DNA of 64,000 nt from Mobula hypostoma (taxonomy: Eukaryota). The DNA is taken from NCBI RefSeq assembly GCF_963921235.1, contig NC_086108.1, positions 42,410,001 through 42,474,000 on the forward strand, written 5' to 3'. Below, piece after piece: positions 27,221-39,513 of the stretch (its first letter is position 1; each line of letters starts with the position of its first letter). The notes below the pieces were generated by a model. The model saw only the letters and a list, made by a program, of their open reading frames with translations, did no database searches and had not been told where the DNA came from. A program made the translations under genes and the position numbers.

Positions 27221-28594
27221 CAGTGGTCCCCAACCACCGGGCTACGAGGAAACGATGTGATTTGGCGTTAGGAGTCAGCTGCACCTTTTCTCATTCCCTG
27301 TCACGCCCACTGTTGAGCCATTACGCATGCGAGGTCATGACCCACGCGTTATCCGTGTCAGCGTGGGAAGGAGATCAACTCCTCGAGCTTGCAAATGACA
27401 GCGGGCTGAAAAGTATATTTGACATAACATCAAACTCAAGGCTAAATATCCTGACGTAGCCACGAAAGCACTGACAATGTTGCTTCCATTTCCAACATTT
27501 TTCTGCGAAGCGGAGTTTTCTGCAATGAATGCAACGAAAACTAAATTGCGGAATAGACTGGACATAAGGAACCCCCTTCGAGTATCGCTGTCTCCCATCA
27601 CCCCTCGATGGCATCGACTTGTTGCAGGAAAATAAGCCCAGGGCTTTCACTGATACAGCGATATTGGTGTGTTGCAATGATTTTATATGTTCATACGAGA
27701 AAAATATGTGCTGTGTGTTTAATATCCAAACGTTACCTAAAATGTTATGATGCTATTGACTTACCTATATAACCATATAACAATTACAACACGGAAACAG
27801 GCCATCCGTGCCAAACGCTACTCTCACCTAGTCCCACTGACCTGCACTCAGCCCATAACCGTCCATTCCTTTCCTGTCCATATACATATCCAATTTTTCT
27901 TTAAGTGATAATATTGAACCTGCCTCAACCATTTCTACTGGATGTTCGTTCAATACTTACTTCAAGCTCCCCTGATAATTGACTTACCACTATATTCGTG
28001 CGAGGAAAATATGCGTTGTGTGTTTATTATTAAATTCGTTAGATAAACCCTTTTAGAAACGAAATTGAGTGTATTAGCTATTTATCACCTATATAACAGG
28101 AATTCTGCAGATGCTGGAAATTCAAGCAACACACATAAAAGTTGCTGGTGAACGCAGCAGGCCAGGCAGCATCTCTAGGAAGAAGTGCAGTCGACGTTTC
28201 AGGCCGAGACCCTTCGTCTGACGAAGGGTCTTGGCCTGAAACGTCGACTGCACCTCTTCCTAGAGATGCTGCCTGGCCTGCTGCGTTCACCAGCAACTTT
28301 TATGTATATCACCTATATTCTGGTCGTGATTAATTCCCTCCCCCCGAACAGAATTACCAAAAAGGATTTGCGGGGGGGCGGGGGGGAGAGGAATCGGCAG
28401 GTCACGACGCGCATGCGCACTGGTTCTCACGCAAGGCTTCATGGTCATTGTAGTCTATCTCTGGGTAAACACAACCTATTTGACTGCTAGTCTTGTCCGT
28501 TGGCAATCCTACCCCACGCCCTGGGTCGGCCGGTCCACAAGGATATTGTCAATTTTAAACCGGTCCGCAGTGCAGAAAAGGTTGGGGACCCCTG
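27221..28594 (+). mobile_element. hAT/Charlie-type non-autonomous transposon
   Basis: TIRs CAGTGGTCCCCAACC / GGTTGGGGACCCCTG; perfect 8-bp TSD atttattg; transposase C-terminus LLPFPT..CEAEFSAMNATKTKLRNRL. Confidence 0.9.
28095..28306. repeat. Palindromic PLE pLTR mini-insertion, 86-bp arms centred on 28219
   Basis: 28133-28218 versus 28220-28305 inverted (2 mismatches); perfect 12-bp TSD tatcacctatat at 28083-28094 and 28307-28318. Confidence 0.92.
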
Positions 28595-28739
28595 ATTTAT
28601 TGTATCCAGTGCTCCCGGTGTGGCCTCGGCCTTCCATTGCAGATAAACAGCCTTTTTAACATTTAATGTAGCATTTTCAACACTTTTTTTCTCTGTAACC
28701 CCGCGATTGTTTTATTGCTGCCTTTTTCTTAGCCATTGA

Positions 28740-29110
28740 AACATTACTTTCCCCGCAACTCCTCAGATTCAGAGGCTTCGTTCCGCATTTTCTACGTTAC
28801 GACGGACGTACTACGCAAGACAAGGACTGGCTGAACGCAACTGCGTCGATCATGCGTCTGACGAAGGCAATGAGCAGCCTAGTGGATGGTAACGTTCTGG
28901 TGAACTTGTACGGGTTTAACGGTAAAGTCTTATGTCGCTGTTTTTCGTATTTGGTCGCACCTTCTGTATTTCTTGGTCGTCGTAACCCAAGCTGCTGCGG
29001 TTTCTGATTTCCTGCTATTAACGAGCTTGTGAACTCAAGGCAGTACGAGTTTGAACCCATTGTGTTCCTCTCAGCCTCACCTTCAAACGCTATGTTGAGC
29101 GTTGACGTTG
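28740..29110 (+). promoter_or_regulatory. CpG-rich unique segment; putative CLCC1 promoter and non-coding exon 1
   Basis: Locally dense CpGs in non-TE sequence; candidate donors ggatg|gtaacg (~28888) and aacg|gtaaag (~28921); the CLCC1 ATG exon begins with an acceptor, so an upstream exon is needed. Confidence 0.5.
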
Positions 29111-30600
29111 TTAATGCAAAATTTCAAAAGGAGGGCATAGATTCAGAGTTCATTTTATTGAGAGAGCTTCACTCCACGGCATCCAGATTATAGAGTCCTA
29201 ACCCCGCAAGGCCTGCTTCTATCTCCTACCCAAAATCCATAAGCAGGACAGCCTAATAGGCCCATTGTTTCAGCTTGTTTTTGTCCCAACAAACTTACTG
29301 CTTTCTACTGAAACTTTGCCCTTTCTTGATCGGTGCATTTCCATCCCCGTTACATCCATGACATACAGTGGCATGAAAAAGTTTGGGCACCCCGGTCAAA
29401 ATTTCTGTTACTGTGAATAGCTAAGTGAGTAAAAGATGACATGATTTTAAAAAGAAATAAAGTTAAAGAGACACATTTCTTTAATATTTTAAGCAAGATT
29501 ACTTTTTCATTTCTACCTTTTACAGTTTCAAAATAACAAAAAAGGAAAAGGGCCCAAAGCAAAAGTTTGGCACCCTGCCTGGTCAGTACTTAGTAACACC
29601 CCCTCTGGCAAGTATCACAGCTTGTAAATGCTTTCTGTAGCCAGCTAAGAGTCTTTCAATTCTTGTTTGGGGGATTTTCACCCATTCTTCCTTGCAAAAG
29701 GCCTCTAGTTCTGTGAGATTCTTGGGCCATCTTGCATGCACTGCTCTTTTAAGGTCTATCCACAGATTTTCAATAATGTTTAGCTTGGGGGACTATGAGG
29801 GCCATGGCAAAACCTTCAGCTTGTGCCTCTTCAGGTAGTCCATTGTGGATTTTGAGGTGTGTTTAGGACCATTATACTGTTGTAGAAGACATCCTCTTTT
29901 CATCTTCAGCCTTTTTACAGACGGTATGATATTTGCTTCTAGAATTTGCTGGTAATTAATGGAATTCATTCTTTCCTCTACCAGTGAAATGTTCCCCGTG
30001 CCATTTGGAGGGGTAGGCCATTTAGAATGGAGTTGAGGAAAAGCTTTTTCACCCAGAGAGTTGTGGATCTGCAGAATGCTCTGCCTCAGAAGACAGTGGA
30101 GGCCAATTCTCTGGATGCTTTCAAGAGTTAGATAGAGCTCTTAAAGATAGCGGAGTCAAGGGATTTGGGGAGAAGGTAGGAACAGGGTATTGATTGTGGA
30201 TGATCAGCCATGATCACAGGTCCTGGCTCAAAGGGCCGAATGGCCTACTCCTGCACCTATTGTCTATTGTCAGTAGGACAGTGCACCACCACTCCACAGT
30301 TAGCTAAATCTTCCTGAAGGTCTTTTGCAGTCAAACGGGGGTTTTGATTTGCCTTTCTAGCAATCCTACGAGCAGTTCTCTCGGAAAGTTTCCTTGGTCT
30401 TCCAGACCTCAACTTGACCTCCACCGTTCCTGTTAACTGCCATTTCTTAATTACATTACAAACTGAGGAAACAGCTACTTGAAAATGCTTTGCTATCTTC
30501 TTATAGCCTTCTGCTTTGTGGGCATCATTTATTTTAATTTTCAGAGTACTAGGCAGCTGGTTAGAGGAGCCCATGGCTGTTGATTGTTTGGACAAGGTTT

Positions 30601-31518
30601 CTGTCTGTATCTTGTTTTACAGCGGTTGGCATCCAGCTTAATGGTGCATTACTGCCACCCTCTGCTCCAGAATGTGCACTAGACATACATTCTAAATCCC
30701 TTCACCCAATCGTGCGCACACACACACACATATATATATATACACACACACACACACATACAAACCTACACTTCACCCTCCCATCTTTGACCAACCTAGT
30801 ATCCTATTCCTGTTTATTCGTCATATTCTATAAAAAACCCCTGTACCCCTTAAAAACGCTAAAAATACCCGGACGTGCTCTCTCACCCATGCCCAGCAAC
30901 CCTTTTAGTGTGAATTCCTGCATCCCCAACTCCCTTAATTTATTTCTCATCATCTCTCTCTGTATCCCATACTTCCTGCAACTCAGAACTACATGTTCTA
31001 CTGACTCCTCTTCCTGACATTCCTCACACAATCCTGTCTGGTGTTTCCCTATCATTTTCAATGTTTTGTTTAATGCACAATGCCCCAGCCTTAACCTAGT
31101 CCACACAATTTCCTCTCTTCTGTTTCCATTACCTACCCTAGTACCTGCAACACTCTTTTGTATTTGATATAAATGCCTCCCTTTCCCCTCCCTGTCCCAT
31201 CTTTCTTGCCACATTCGGTTGACTTTTTCCCAGATTACACACTTAACCTCTGCTTTACTGATACTAATGTGCATTTCCACATTTTCTTTCTTTAACGCCC
31301 TCTTTGCCAACTCATCCACCCTCTCATTCCCCTTCACCCCTACATATGCTGGAACCCATAGAAATTTTACCTGACCTCCCTGATTTGCAATTCTTGTAAC
31401 TAACTGAAGGACTTCATAAAGTACATCTTGCCAACTGTTTGTGTGAAAAGACCTTAAACTTGCTAGAACTGAGGATGAATCTGAACATATCAATGCTTTG
31501 GCTTGTCTAGCTTTCTGC
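30601..31518 (-). mobile_element. I/Nimb-group LINE 3' fragment with RNase H and C-terminal zinc knuckle
   Basis: ICSDSSSVL, FLWVPAYVGVKGNERVDELAK, CEEC....ESVEHVVLSC; 13-bp TSD ttggacaaggttt at 30588-30600 and 31519-31531. Confidence 0.85.
30717..30760. repeat. Compound (CA)n(TA)n(CA)n microsatellite
   Basis: Visible directly, within the LINE 3' UTR. Confidence 0.9.
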
Positions 31519-33419
31519 TTGGACAAGGTTTGAGGAGTCAGGGTATTTATAAAGCTTTGAAATTTGCATCACCTGGCCTTTCCTAACGATGACTGTGAAC
31601 AAGTCATATCCCTAACAAGCTGATTAAGGTCTGAGACCTTGGTAAAAGTTATCTGAGAGCTCAAATCTCTTGGGGTGCCCAAACTTTTGAATGGTGCTCC
31701 TTTCCTTTTTTCACTCTTAAGATTGTACAAAACAAAAATAATACACTAATCTTGCCTAAAATGTTGAAAAGAATATTTCATCTTTAACTTCATGACTTTT
31801 GGAGATCAGTTCATTCTACTCACTTAACTATTCACAGTAACAGAAATTTTGACCAGGGGTTTCCAAACTTTTGCATGCCACTATATCTAATGCCTTTTGC
31901 CACTTTGACTGTTTCCAGTTCTTTGGTCTTAACAGGCTCATCTTTATAAATGGATATCCCATCTCTCACTCCTTTTTCCCACATCGGGATAACCTAAGGG
32001 CCCTCTGCTTCTTCCTGGAGCAAAAGCCCATGGAGTTCCCCTTCAACACCCATTCCTGTCACAGAACTTATCACATAAAACAAATTTCCTTCAACTGCTC
32101 TCACTTTCTCCAGATCAAAGAGGTAGCTATAGGCCCAAGATATGCTTGCCATGTTTTGAGATATGTGGAGCAGCCTTTGTCTCAGTCCTACCAAGGCTCA
32201 TTCCCTCAACACTTTCTCCAATACATCAGTGATTGCATTGGTGCTGCCTCCTGTGCTCATTGCAGAACTTGACAATGTGATTAATTCTGCTGCTGTTTTC
32301 CTTCCTACCTTAACCATTACTTGATTACAACAGCTGTGGCAGGGTTTGCATGCAATTACTTCCTCTGAGATGAACTTCCTGTTTCTTTCTTCTTTAATTC
32401 TCCACCCCACTCATACGCTGTACTGTACAGTCTGGTGGGATGGCACCTCATCTTCTGTCAGGGCATGTGGCAGCCTTTTAGCACTGAATTGTAATTTGAT
32501 TTCAGACTGTATCTTTCATCCACCAGCAATGTTAGTTCAGCTTGTTTGTGTTTCCCTTTTGTACTTTCTGGCCTGCGTGTTTTTCTATTCTGTATTCTTG
32601 TAATTCCTGCATTCCTTTATGCTCTTGCTCCCTTAATTCCTCCCATTCACTCATTGATTTACCTTGTTGTGGTTTAGCCAGTTGTCTTCTTCCTGGTTCT
32701 GAAAAAAGGTCTTCAGTCTGAATAATTATCTCTGTTTCTCTTCCTACCGCTGCAACTTGACCTGTTTTGTTTGGAGGGCAGTGTAGGGTTTGATGACCTT
32801 GTCTGGATAATTGAAGGAGGGAGTCTGGTTAGGAAATAGTCAACAAAATAAAGTTAGTTTGGCAAAGGTGTGGTTGAAGGTTTTAGAAGTAGATGAACTG
32901 GGGTAGTGGTGGTGTTGGGTGATGTTAAGGTTGTGAAATAGTCTTAAGAGAGGGCACAGAAATGTGTTGGAAGCTCACCTTGACATTAATTTTGTTCAAC
33001 AGTGGTTAGCTCATCAGATAAACAGATTGTTCAGTGCCTAGGTGTGAACCATTTGAATGGAGACCTGATTCTGGAACTCAGTTCTTTGGCTAGATATGTT
33101 TCTGATTGAATTGCTATGAGATTATTGGTATTTGTGGTTATATTTATATATAAATGCAACAGTAATGCAGGAAGAAGAACAAGTGCAGAGCTGAACTCAA
33201 GTTTTGGCACAATTGCAATGTGAAAATATCATCTCAATATATGGCTTATCATTGACTTGATTGAAATTGATGAAAGTGCCTATTTGATAAGAGTAGTTAC
33301 AAATTAAGCTAAGTTCACCCTGAAATGTCAGCTACCCTATCTTGTGTCATTTATCAACTGTGTACATTTATGATCTGTGTATTTAATTAACTTTGAATTT
33401 TCTCAACAAGTGCCATTGT

Positions 33420-33991
33420 CCACCAGAGAAAGCAGGATCTCCCAGTGGCCACACGTTTTAATTCCACATCCCATTCCCATTCTGACATGTCTATCCACGG
33501 CCTCCTCTACTGTAAAGATGAAGCTACACTCAGGTTGGAGGAACACCTTATATTCCATCTGGGTAGCCTCCAACCTGATGGCATGAACATCGACTTCTCT
33601 AACTTCTGCTAATGCCCCACCTCTCCCTCGTACCCCATCCGTTATTTATTTTTATACACACATTCTTTCCCTCACTCTCCTTTTTCTCCCTCCGTCCCTC
33701 TGACTATACACCTTGCCCATCCTCTGGGTTCCCCCCCCCCCGTTCTTGTCCCATGATCCTCTCATATCCCCTTTGCCAATCACCTGTCCAGCTCTTGGCT
33801 CCACCCCTCCCCCTCCTGTCTTCTCCTATCATTTTGGATCTCCCCCTCCCCCTCCCACTTTCAAATCTCTTACTAACTCTTCCTTCAGTTAGTCCTGACG
33901 AAGGGTCTTCGCCTGAAACGTCGACTGTACCTCTTCCTAGAGATGCTGCCTGGCCTGCTGCGTCCACCAGCAACTTTGATGTGTGTTGCTT
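33420..33991 (+). mobile_element. Penelope-like element 3' fragment
   Basis: Highly similar to ~2375-2962. Confidence 0.88.
33891..33926 (+). ncRNA. Minimal type I hammerhead ribozyme motif (PLE), intact core
   Basis: AGTC CTGACGA AGGGTCTTCGCCT GAAA CGTC^GACT. Confidence 0.78.
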
Positions 33992-34214
33992 TAGTTGTGA
34001 TATTCTTTTTTGAAGCAGTTGTCAGTTTTTTTAAAATATGCATTTGACATCGACAGTTCTTCAGGTGAATATAGGCCCTTAAGACCCAGAATAAGAGAGA
34101 AAGGATACTTCTGCTATTGTACGGCACAAACAAACATGAGGAACCGCTGGTCTGAGAAACAGATGAATTGGCTGTACTTTGAGTTGAACACAGTCAAACA
34201 CGTGAGCAGTCTCA

Positions 34215-34860
34215 TTGTCAACTTCACCAATGACATGACAGTGGTGGGGTTCATCACCATCCGGCAGAGAGGAGGTGAAAGAGTTCAAGGCCTGGTGCCA
34301 GGCAAATAACCTCTTCTTTAATGTCAACAAGACAAAGAAGATGGTTATTGACTTCAGAACTTGAACTACTCACACCTCTCTTTATACTGGCGGCATAGCA
34401 GTGGAAACTGCATGAAGTTTCAAACCCTGAGTGCACATCACACACAACCTCTCATGGTCCCAGAACACGCCCTACATAGTCATGGAAGCTCACCAACGTA
34501 CCTACTTTCTGAGGAGGCTGAAGAGACTTTGCTCATCTGTATTTGTGTCTTTCTACAAAGGGACGGTAGAGAGCATCCTGACAATATTTATCACTTCTTG
34601 GTACAGAAGCTGCATTGTGGCAGACAAAATGACCTAACGTATTTCTGGCACCAGGCTACCTGCCATCAAGGACATAAATACAGAAAGGTGCTGAAAGAGG
34701 CTCAATAGCATCATGAAGGATCCCACCCACCCTGCTCATGGACTGTTCATCCCACTCCCACCAGGGAGGAGACTACGTAACATCCATGCCAGGACCAGCA
34801 GACTCAAAAACAGTTACTTTCCCCAAGCAGTAAGGCTGATCAAAACACCCACCCACTAAC
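34215..34860 (+). mobile_element. Rex-Babar LINE fragment
   Basis: AHQRTYFLRRLKR...FYKGTVESILT; RLKNSYFPQAVRL. Confidence 0.75.
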
Positions 34861-34904
34861 TGTATATCAACAGTGCTGAAGTGAAGAGGGCTGAAATCTT
34901 CAAG

Positions 34905-36360
34905 TTCTTACTAGGTGATCATCAATAGCCTGGATAGAATAGACATAGAGATGATCTTTCCAGTGGTGGGAGAATATAGGATCAGAGGGCAGAACCTGAG
35001 AATGAAAGGATGCCCTTCTTTAAAAAAAACATAGGAAGAACTTCTGGCCACAAGAGTAGCACAGAAGATCAGAGGGTGACAATTATTATTCATTTGTCCA
35101 AGAAAGGCAATAAGGATAATTAGGAATTATATGCCAGTGAGTCATATGTTAGTGATGGGGAACCTATTGGAGAGATTGTTAGAGACAGGATTTCTGAGCA
35201 TTTGGAGAAGCATAAGGATAGTCTGCATGCCTTTGGAAGGGGCACACAAGCCTGATTAACTTCTTTAAGGAAGTGAGAAAACAATTTAATTGACGTAGAG
35301 CAGTGGATTTGGTGTGTATGGATTTTAGTACGGCATTTGATTAGATGCCCCATGGTAGGCTCATTCAGAAAGTCAAGAGGCATGGGATCTAGGGAAACTA
35401 GGCTGCAGGGATTCAGAATTGGCTTGCCCACAAAAGATGGTATTCTGCCTGGAGGTTGGTGCCCAGGGGTGTTCAACAGGGCGCTGTTCTGGGACCTCGA
35501 CTCGTTGTGATTTTTATAAGTGACTTGGACAAGGGGAGAGGAGGTCAGAAAGTTTGAAGATGACGTGAAGGTTGGTGGTGTGGAATGTGTAGAAGGTTCT
35601 TGTAGGTTGCAATGGGAAATTGATATGATACAGAACTGGGTGGAGAAGTGGCAGATGTAGTTCAATCCAGAAAAGTGTGAAGTGATTCACTTTGGAAGGT
35701 CAAACTAATAGGGAAGATGTAGAAGATTTAGAGAGGGTGCAGAGGAGATTTACCAGGATGCTTACTGGATTGGAGAACTCAGCTTATGAAGACAGCGTGA
35801 GCAAGCCAGGGCTTTTCTCTTTGGAGCGAAGGAGAATGAGAGGTGACTTGGAAGAGGTGTACAAGATCATAAAACGTATAGATCAAATGGATAGCCAGAG
35901 ACTTGTTACCAGGACAGAGATACCTAACACCACGGGGCATAATTTTAAGGTGATTGGAGGAAAGTATAGGGAGCGTGTCAGACCTAGCTTTCTTACACAG
36001 AGAATGGTGGGTGCATGGATACCACTGTCGGGTGGTAATAGAGGCGCATGCCATAGGGACATTTAAAAGACTCTTTTATAGGGGTGTGAATGAAAGAAAA
36101 ATGGAGGGCTATGTAAAAGGGAAGTGTTAGATTGATCTTGAATTAGGTCAAAAAGCACAATGTCGTGGCCAAAGGACCCGTAGAGTGCTGTATTCTATAT
36201 TCAATGAATTTCTAGCCAGAGGGGGTGAATCTGAGCGTTGCCACAGTATATTTTAAATAGTGTCAGAGATTAAAGGAAGAAGGCACGAGAAGAGGTTTGA
36301 CAAGAAAAAATATATCAGCCAGATTGAATGGCAGAGCAGATTCAATGGGCTGAACATCTT
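34905..36360 (+). mobile_element. Cluster of degenerate CR1 fragments
   Basis: DLVCMDFS.AFD, GVQQGAVLGP, LERVQRRFTRML, FSLERRRMRGDL. Confidence 0.8.
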
Positions 36361-36411
36361 ATTGTCTTCCAGTAAATTGACAGTGTTTGTTACTTTCCTT
36401 AGATTTTGATC

Positions 36412-36546
36412 ATGCCCATGCTATGGTTGATATTCGAAGTGATGCTAGTAGTGAATGGGTTACAAGATGACGACGATGAATGGATTGATCCAACAGACAT
36501 GGTGAACTATGATGCTGCAAGTGGTACAATGAGAAGACCATATCTG
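36412..36546 (+). CDS. CLCC1: CLCC1 (chloride channel CLIC-like 1 / MCLC) first coding exon
   Basis: Acceptor at 36401-36402, ATG 36412; signal-peptide-like [16 protein letters not shown] then the CLCC1 motif [22 protein letters not shown]; donor CTG|gtaatt. Confidence 0.93.
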
Positions 36547-38296
36547 GTAATTATCTGTAAAGGTTCAGTAGTTTTCAACATTTCTTCATTCCAGTGTAAG
36601 CTGCAACATTCAAAATTTGGAACTTGAAATGAGTTTATGGCTTTTGCTATTCAACTTGTTTGTCTTGCCCAACTCTATCCACATTGACTGCTGAAGCCCC
36701 TAGCTTCTAGTTCTGATTTCCCACAGTCCAAGCTTTTGCTGCAAACCCCCAACAACTGTCTGAAAAAAAGATCACTAATGTTTGTGGTACTAAAGATGTG
36801 CTGTATGCATATCTGTTTGGATATAGCCGAGTAAGTTAATGGGCCAGATCAGCAACGACGAAGAACACTGCGTCAATTCACCATCGTCTCATTTTGAGCT
36901 GACACTACAATTTTTGGAATATTATATGAAGTTGCATCATAAAGCATATAGTAAAATTAGGCATTTAAAAGCGATACACACGCACGGTTCAAAACTAATT
37001 CCCTCTGCAGTCAGCTGTGAGGCATGTAAGTATGTGTAGACAGTGTAATGTGGGCCACAATTCTGAAAATGTTGGTCTGTGTGAATACACTGGTGTTCGT
37101 TCACTTATACAGTACTTCCTCTGAGTTTGGAAGACTTTGTGGACACAGCATTGCAAACATCTTTCCAATGGCTTAAGATGTCTGATGTAGGAGTCCAAGG
37201 CACAGCAGTCAGAGAACTGTTGTATGCAGACATTGATGCCTGTTGGTGCCTGTGATGACACTGGTGCTGTGGACAGCTTTATGGCTTGTTGCTCAGATGA
37301 TGATACAAACTAATACATTCCATTCCATGGAGTGGGCGCCTTGTACTTGTCTCCCTGATAAAACAAGGTATTGGTTATTTCAAGACTGTGCTCCAAAAAT
37401 TTGTCAAAAGAAGGAGGCATTACAGTTAGACTTCCGCACTTCTTCTTTGCTAAGGATGACGCCTGATCCCAACATGGCAGTGAATTGCACAGGAAGATCA
37501 GTTTATCTCCCTGTGAACTTCAGACCAAGGTATGTTCTTGGCCTCATTTGTAGCTTCCAGTGTCGGGACCAATGTACAGTTGACAATAGTTGTTGGTTTT
37601 GTATTTGGATGATATAACATTCTCTAAATCTGTGAAAAGAGTCATTGAAATGGTGGGCAAGCTCTGTCGATCGCAAAGCTAAATGCATCTGAAGGGGTAA
37701 ATTGGAATGTCAGCTTCAGGAAGGTGTAGTCACCACATGGTTCCGTGGCTTTGTAAACTGGCCATCTCCTGATGTTGATGCCTGGGTACCTGAGTTAAGA
37801 GAGGAGTGTAGAATTCAGGACTATTGTAATGTGGAGGGTCCTGAGGACTGGAAGAACACCAAGGGTGATTCCTTGGAACTCGGTGTAGCCATTGGACATC
37901 AACTACCACTCAGACTTGACTGAGCCAGTGGCAATGAGCACCTCAACATCAGGAGACCAGATTGACTTGCATCAGTTTTAATGGTCATTGAAGTAGACAT
38001 AAAACTGGGCGCAGGTGCCGTATGGTAGGTACACACTCACTGTCTTGTACATGCACCCACATATGCACCTGGGTTAGGGCGTAGGAGATGATGCTTCCCT
38101 CTTGGCTCTGGCTGTAGATCATGTGAATGTTCCTGTCTCCTATCCCCATGCAGGTACCATTCCTGATTCCCAGCGGCACACCCAGCCATGACCCCGATTC
38201 CTGGAAACAGCCACCCAACCCACCCCCTCCACTTCCCCATTCCTGTACTAGCGTCATATTACATGGACTGTGTAATATAAAGTGTTCTGATAGGTG

Positions 38297-38426
38297 CTGA
38301 CGAAGGTCTCGGCCTGAAATGTCGACTGTACCTCTTCCTATAGATGCTGCCTGGCCTGCTGCGTTCACCAGCAACTTTGATGTATGTTGCTTGAATTTCC
38401 AGCATCTGCAGAATTCCTGTTGTTTG
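38297..38426 (+). mobile_element. PLE pLTR fragment 5'-truncated at the hammerhead core
   Basis: Homology starts at CTGACGA and runs to gaattcctgttgtttg. Confidence 0.85.
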
Positions 38427-39393
38427 CTGCTTAGCTAAATGCTTTGAGAGATAGGATTTTGTTTCATATGAACAATTGAATTTAAGTACATTTACGTATT
38501 GAATAAATTAATATTTTTGTTCATTTCCTGCATGCTGACAAGGTAAGGAGTTATTGCCCATGTATAATGTTTTTGAGGAAATGGTGGTGTCCTGGCTGCT
38601 AGAGCTATTTCAGTCAACAGTAGGAAATGTAAGAGTGAACTTGATCCCATCGCTTTAGCTTTGCAACACACTCCAACCTTTCTGTCTTCACCCTCCTGCA
38701 CTGTACTATCAAAGCTGAGTGTTGTTTTGAAGTATGACACTTCTAACAGCGCATTACAGCTTTCAGGATTCAATCGTTTCTGACCATTGTTTTTCTAATA
38801 TTGACTCTCATGTTTCTAGCTTTCAGTTTTTCTCTCCTGGTACTTCAGATTTCATTTGTCACCCATTAACACTTACCACAGACACATCCTTACTACTCTT
38901 TCAGCTGGCACAACCACTTGTGTCATTTACTCAGTCTTGGGCTCCACTTGATCGCAGTCTGTTCATCTTGTTCGATCTGCATCTCTCCATTTTCTTTGCA
39001 ACTTGAAATACTTGTGGCTTTCCTTAGTTCGGATTAAGGATTATTGACTGAAAATGTTAATGCTCTTTCTCCCACAGATGCTCCCTAACCTGCTGATTAT
39101 TTCCAACTTTTCTTGTTTTCATTTTGGATTTGCCGAATAAGCAGCATTTCAGACTGAGACCCTTCATCACGACTGGTGGACGATGAAAGATCTTTCCCCA
39201 TAATGTTAACTGTTTATTCCCCTCTATAGAGAGGGGAATATCTTGGCTTGCTGAGCTCCTCCACCATTTTGTGTGTGGGGCTTCAAATGTTGCTAGCAAT
39301 GTTCACGTGCCAGAAAAAGTTAACAAAAATAATTTGATGAATGAATCTTTATTTAATGTTTAATTAAATTCTTTACCACTCACTTCATTGAAG

Positions 39394-39513
39394 AACAGAG
39401 ATGAACAAGATGATACTGAAACTCATAAAGGCACCTCAGAAATTTATCAGGACCGAGCTACCTGTCCAGATTGTACAATTTGTGAGCGAACACGGGATAG
39501 TTTACAGAAGAAG
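39394..39513 (+). CDS. CLCC1: CLCC1 coding exon 2
   Basis: aag| acceptor, AAG|gttagt donor; 120 nt phase 0/0; NRDEQDD...TCPDCTICERTRDSLQKK. Confidence 0.8.

Larger units (their letters stand above)
29366..31883 (-). mobile_element. Tc1 transposon (family A, IR/DR type) with nested CR1 and LINE
   Basis: TA flanks; TIR CAGTGGCATGAAAAAGTTTGGGCACCCC; transposase N-terminus EGYKKIAKHFQVAVSSV...RSGRPRKLSER on the - strand. Confidence 0.9.
29130..32310 (+). mobile_element. Old PLE reverse-transcriptase remnant split by a Tc1
   Basis: FYLLPKIHK..PIVSAC at ~29215-29290; continues after 31885 with QIKEVAIGP and FLQYISDCIGA (YIDD-like). Confidence 0.7.

Noticed and set aside
28858..28884. CTGACGA-AGGC-aatgagca-GCCT in the CpG-rich region, resembling a hammerhead core plus stem II
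   Set aside because: Followed by AGTG instead of GAAA, with no stem I or NUH site; probably chance
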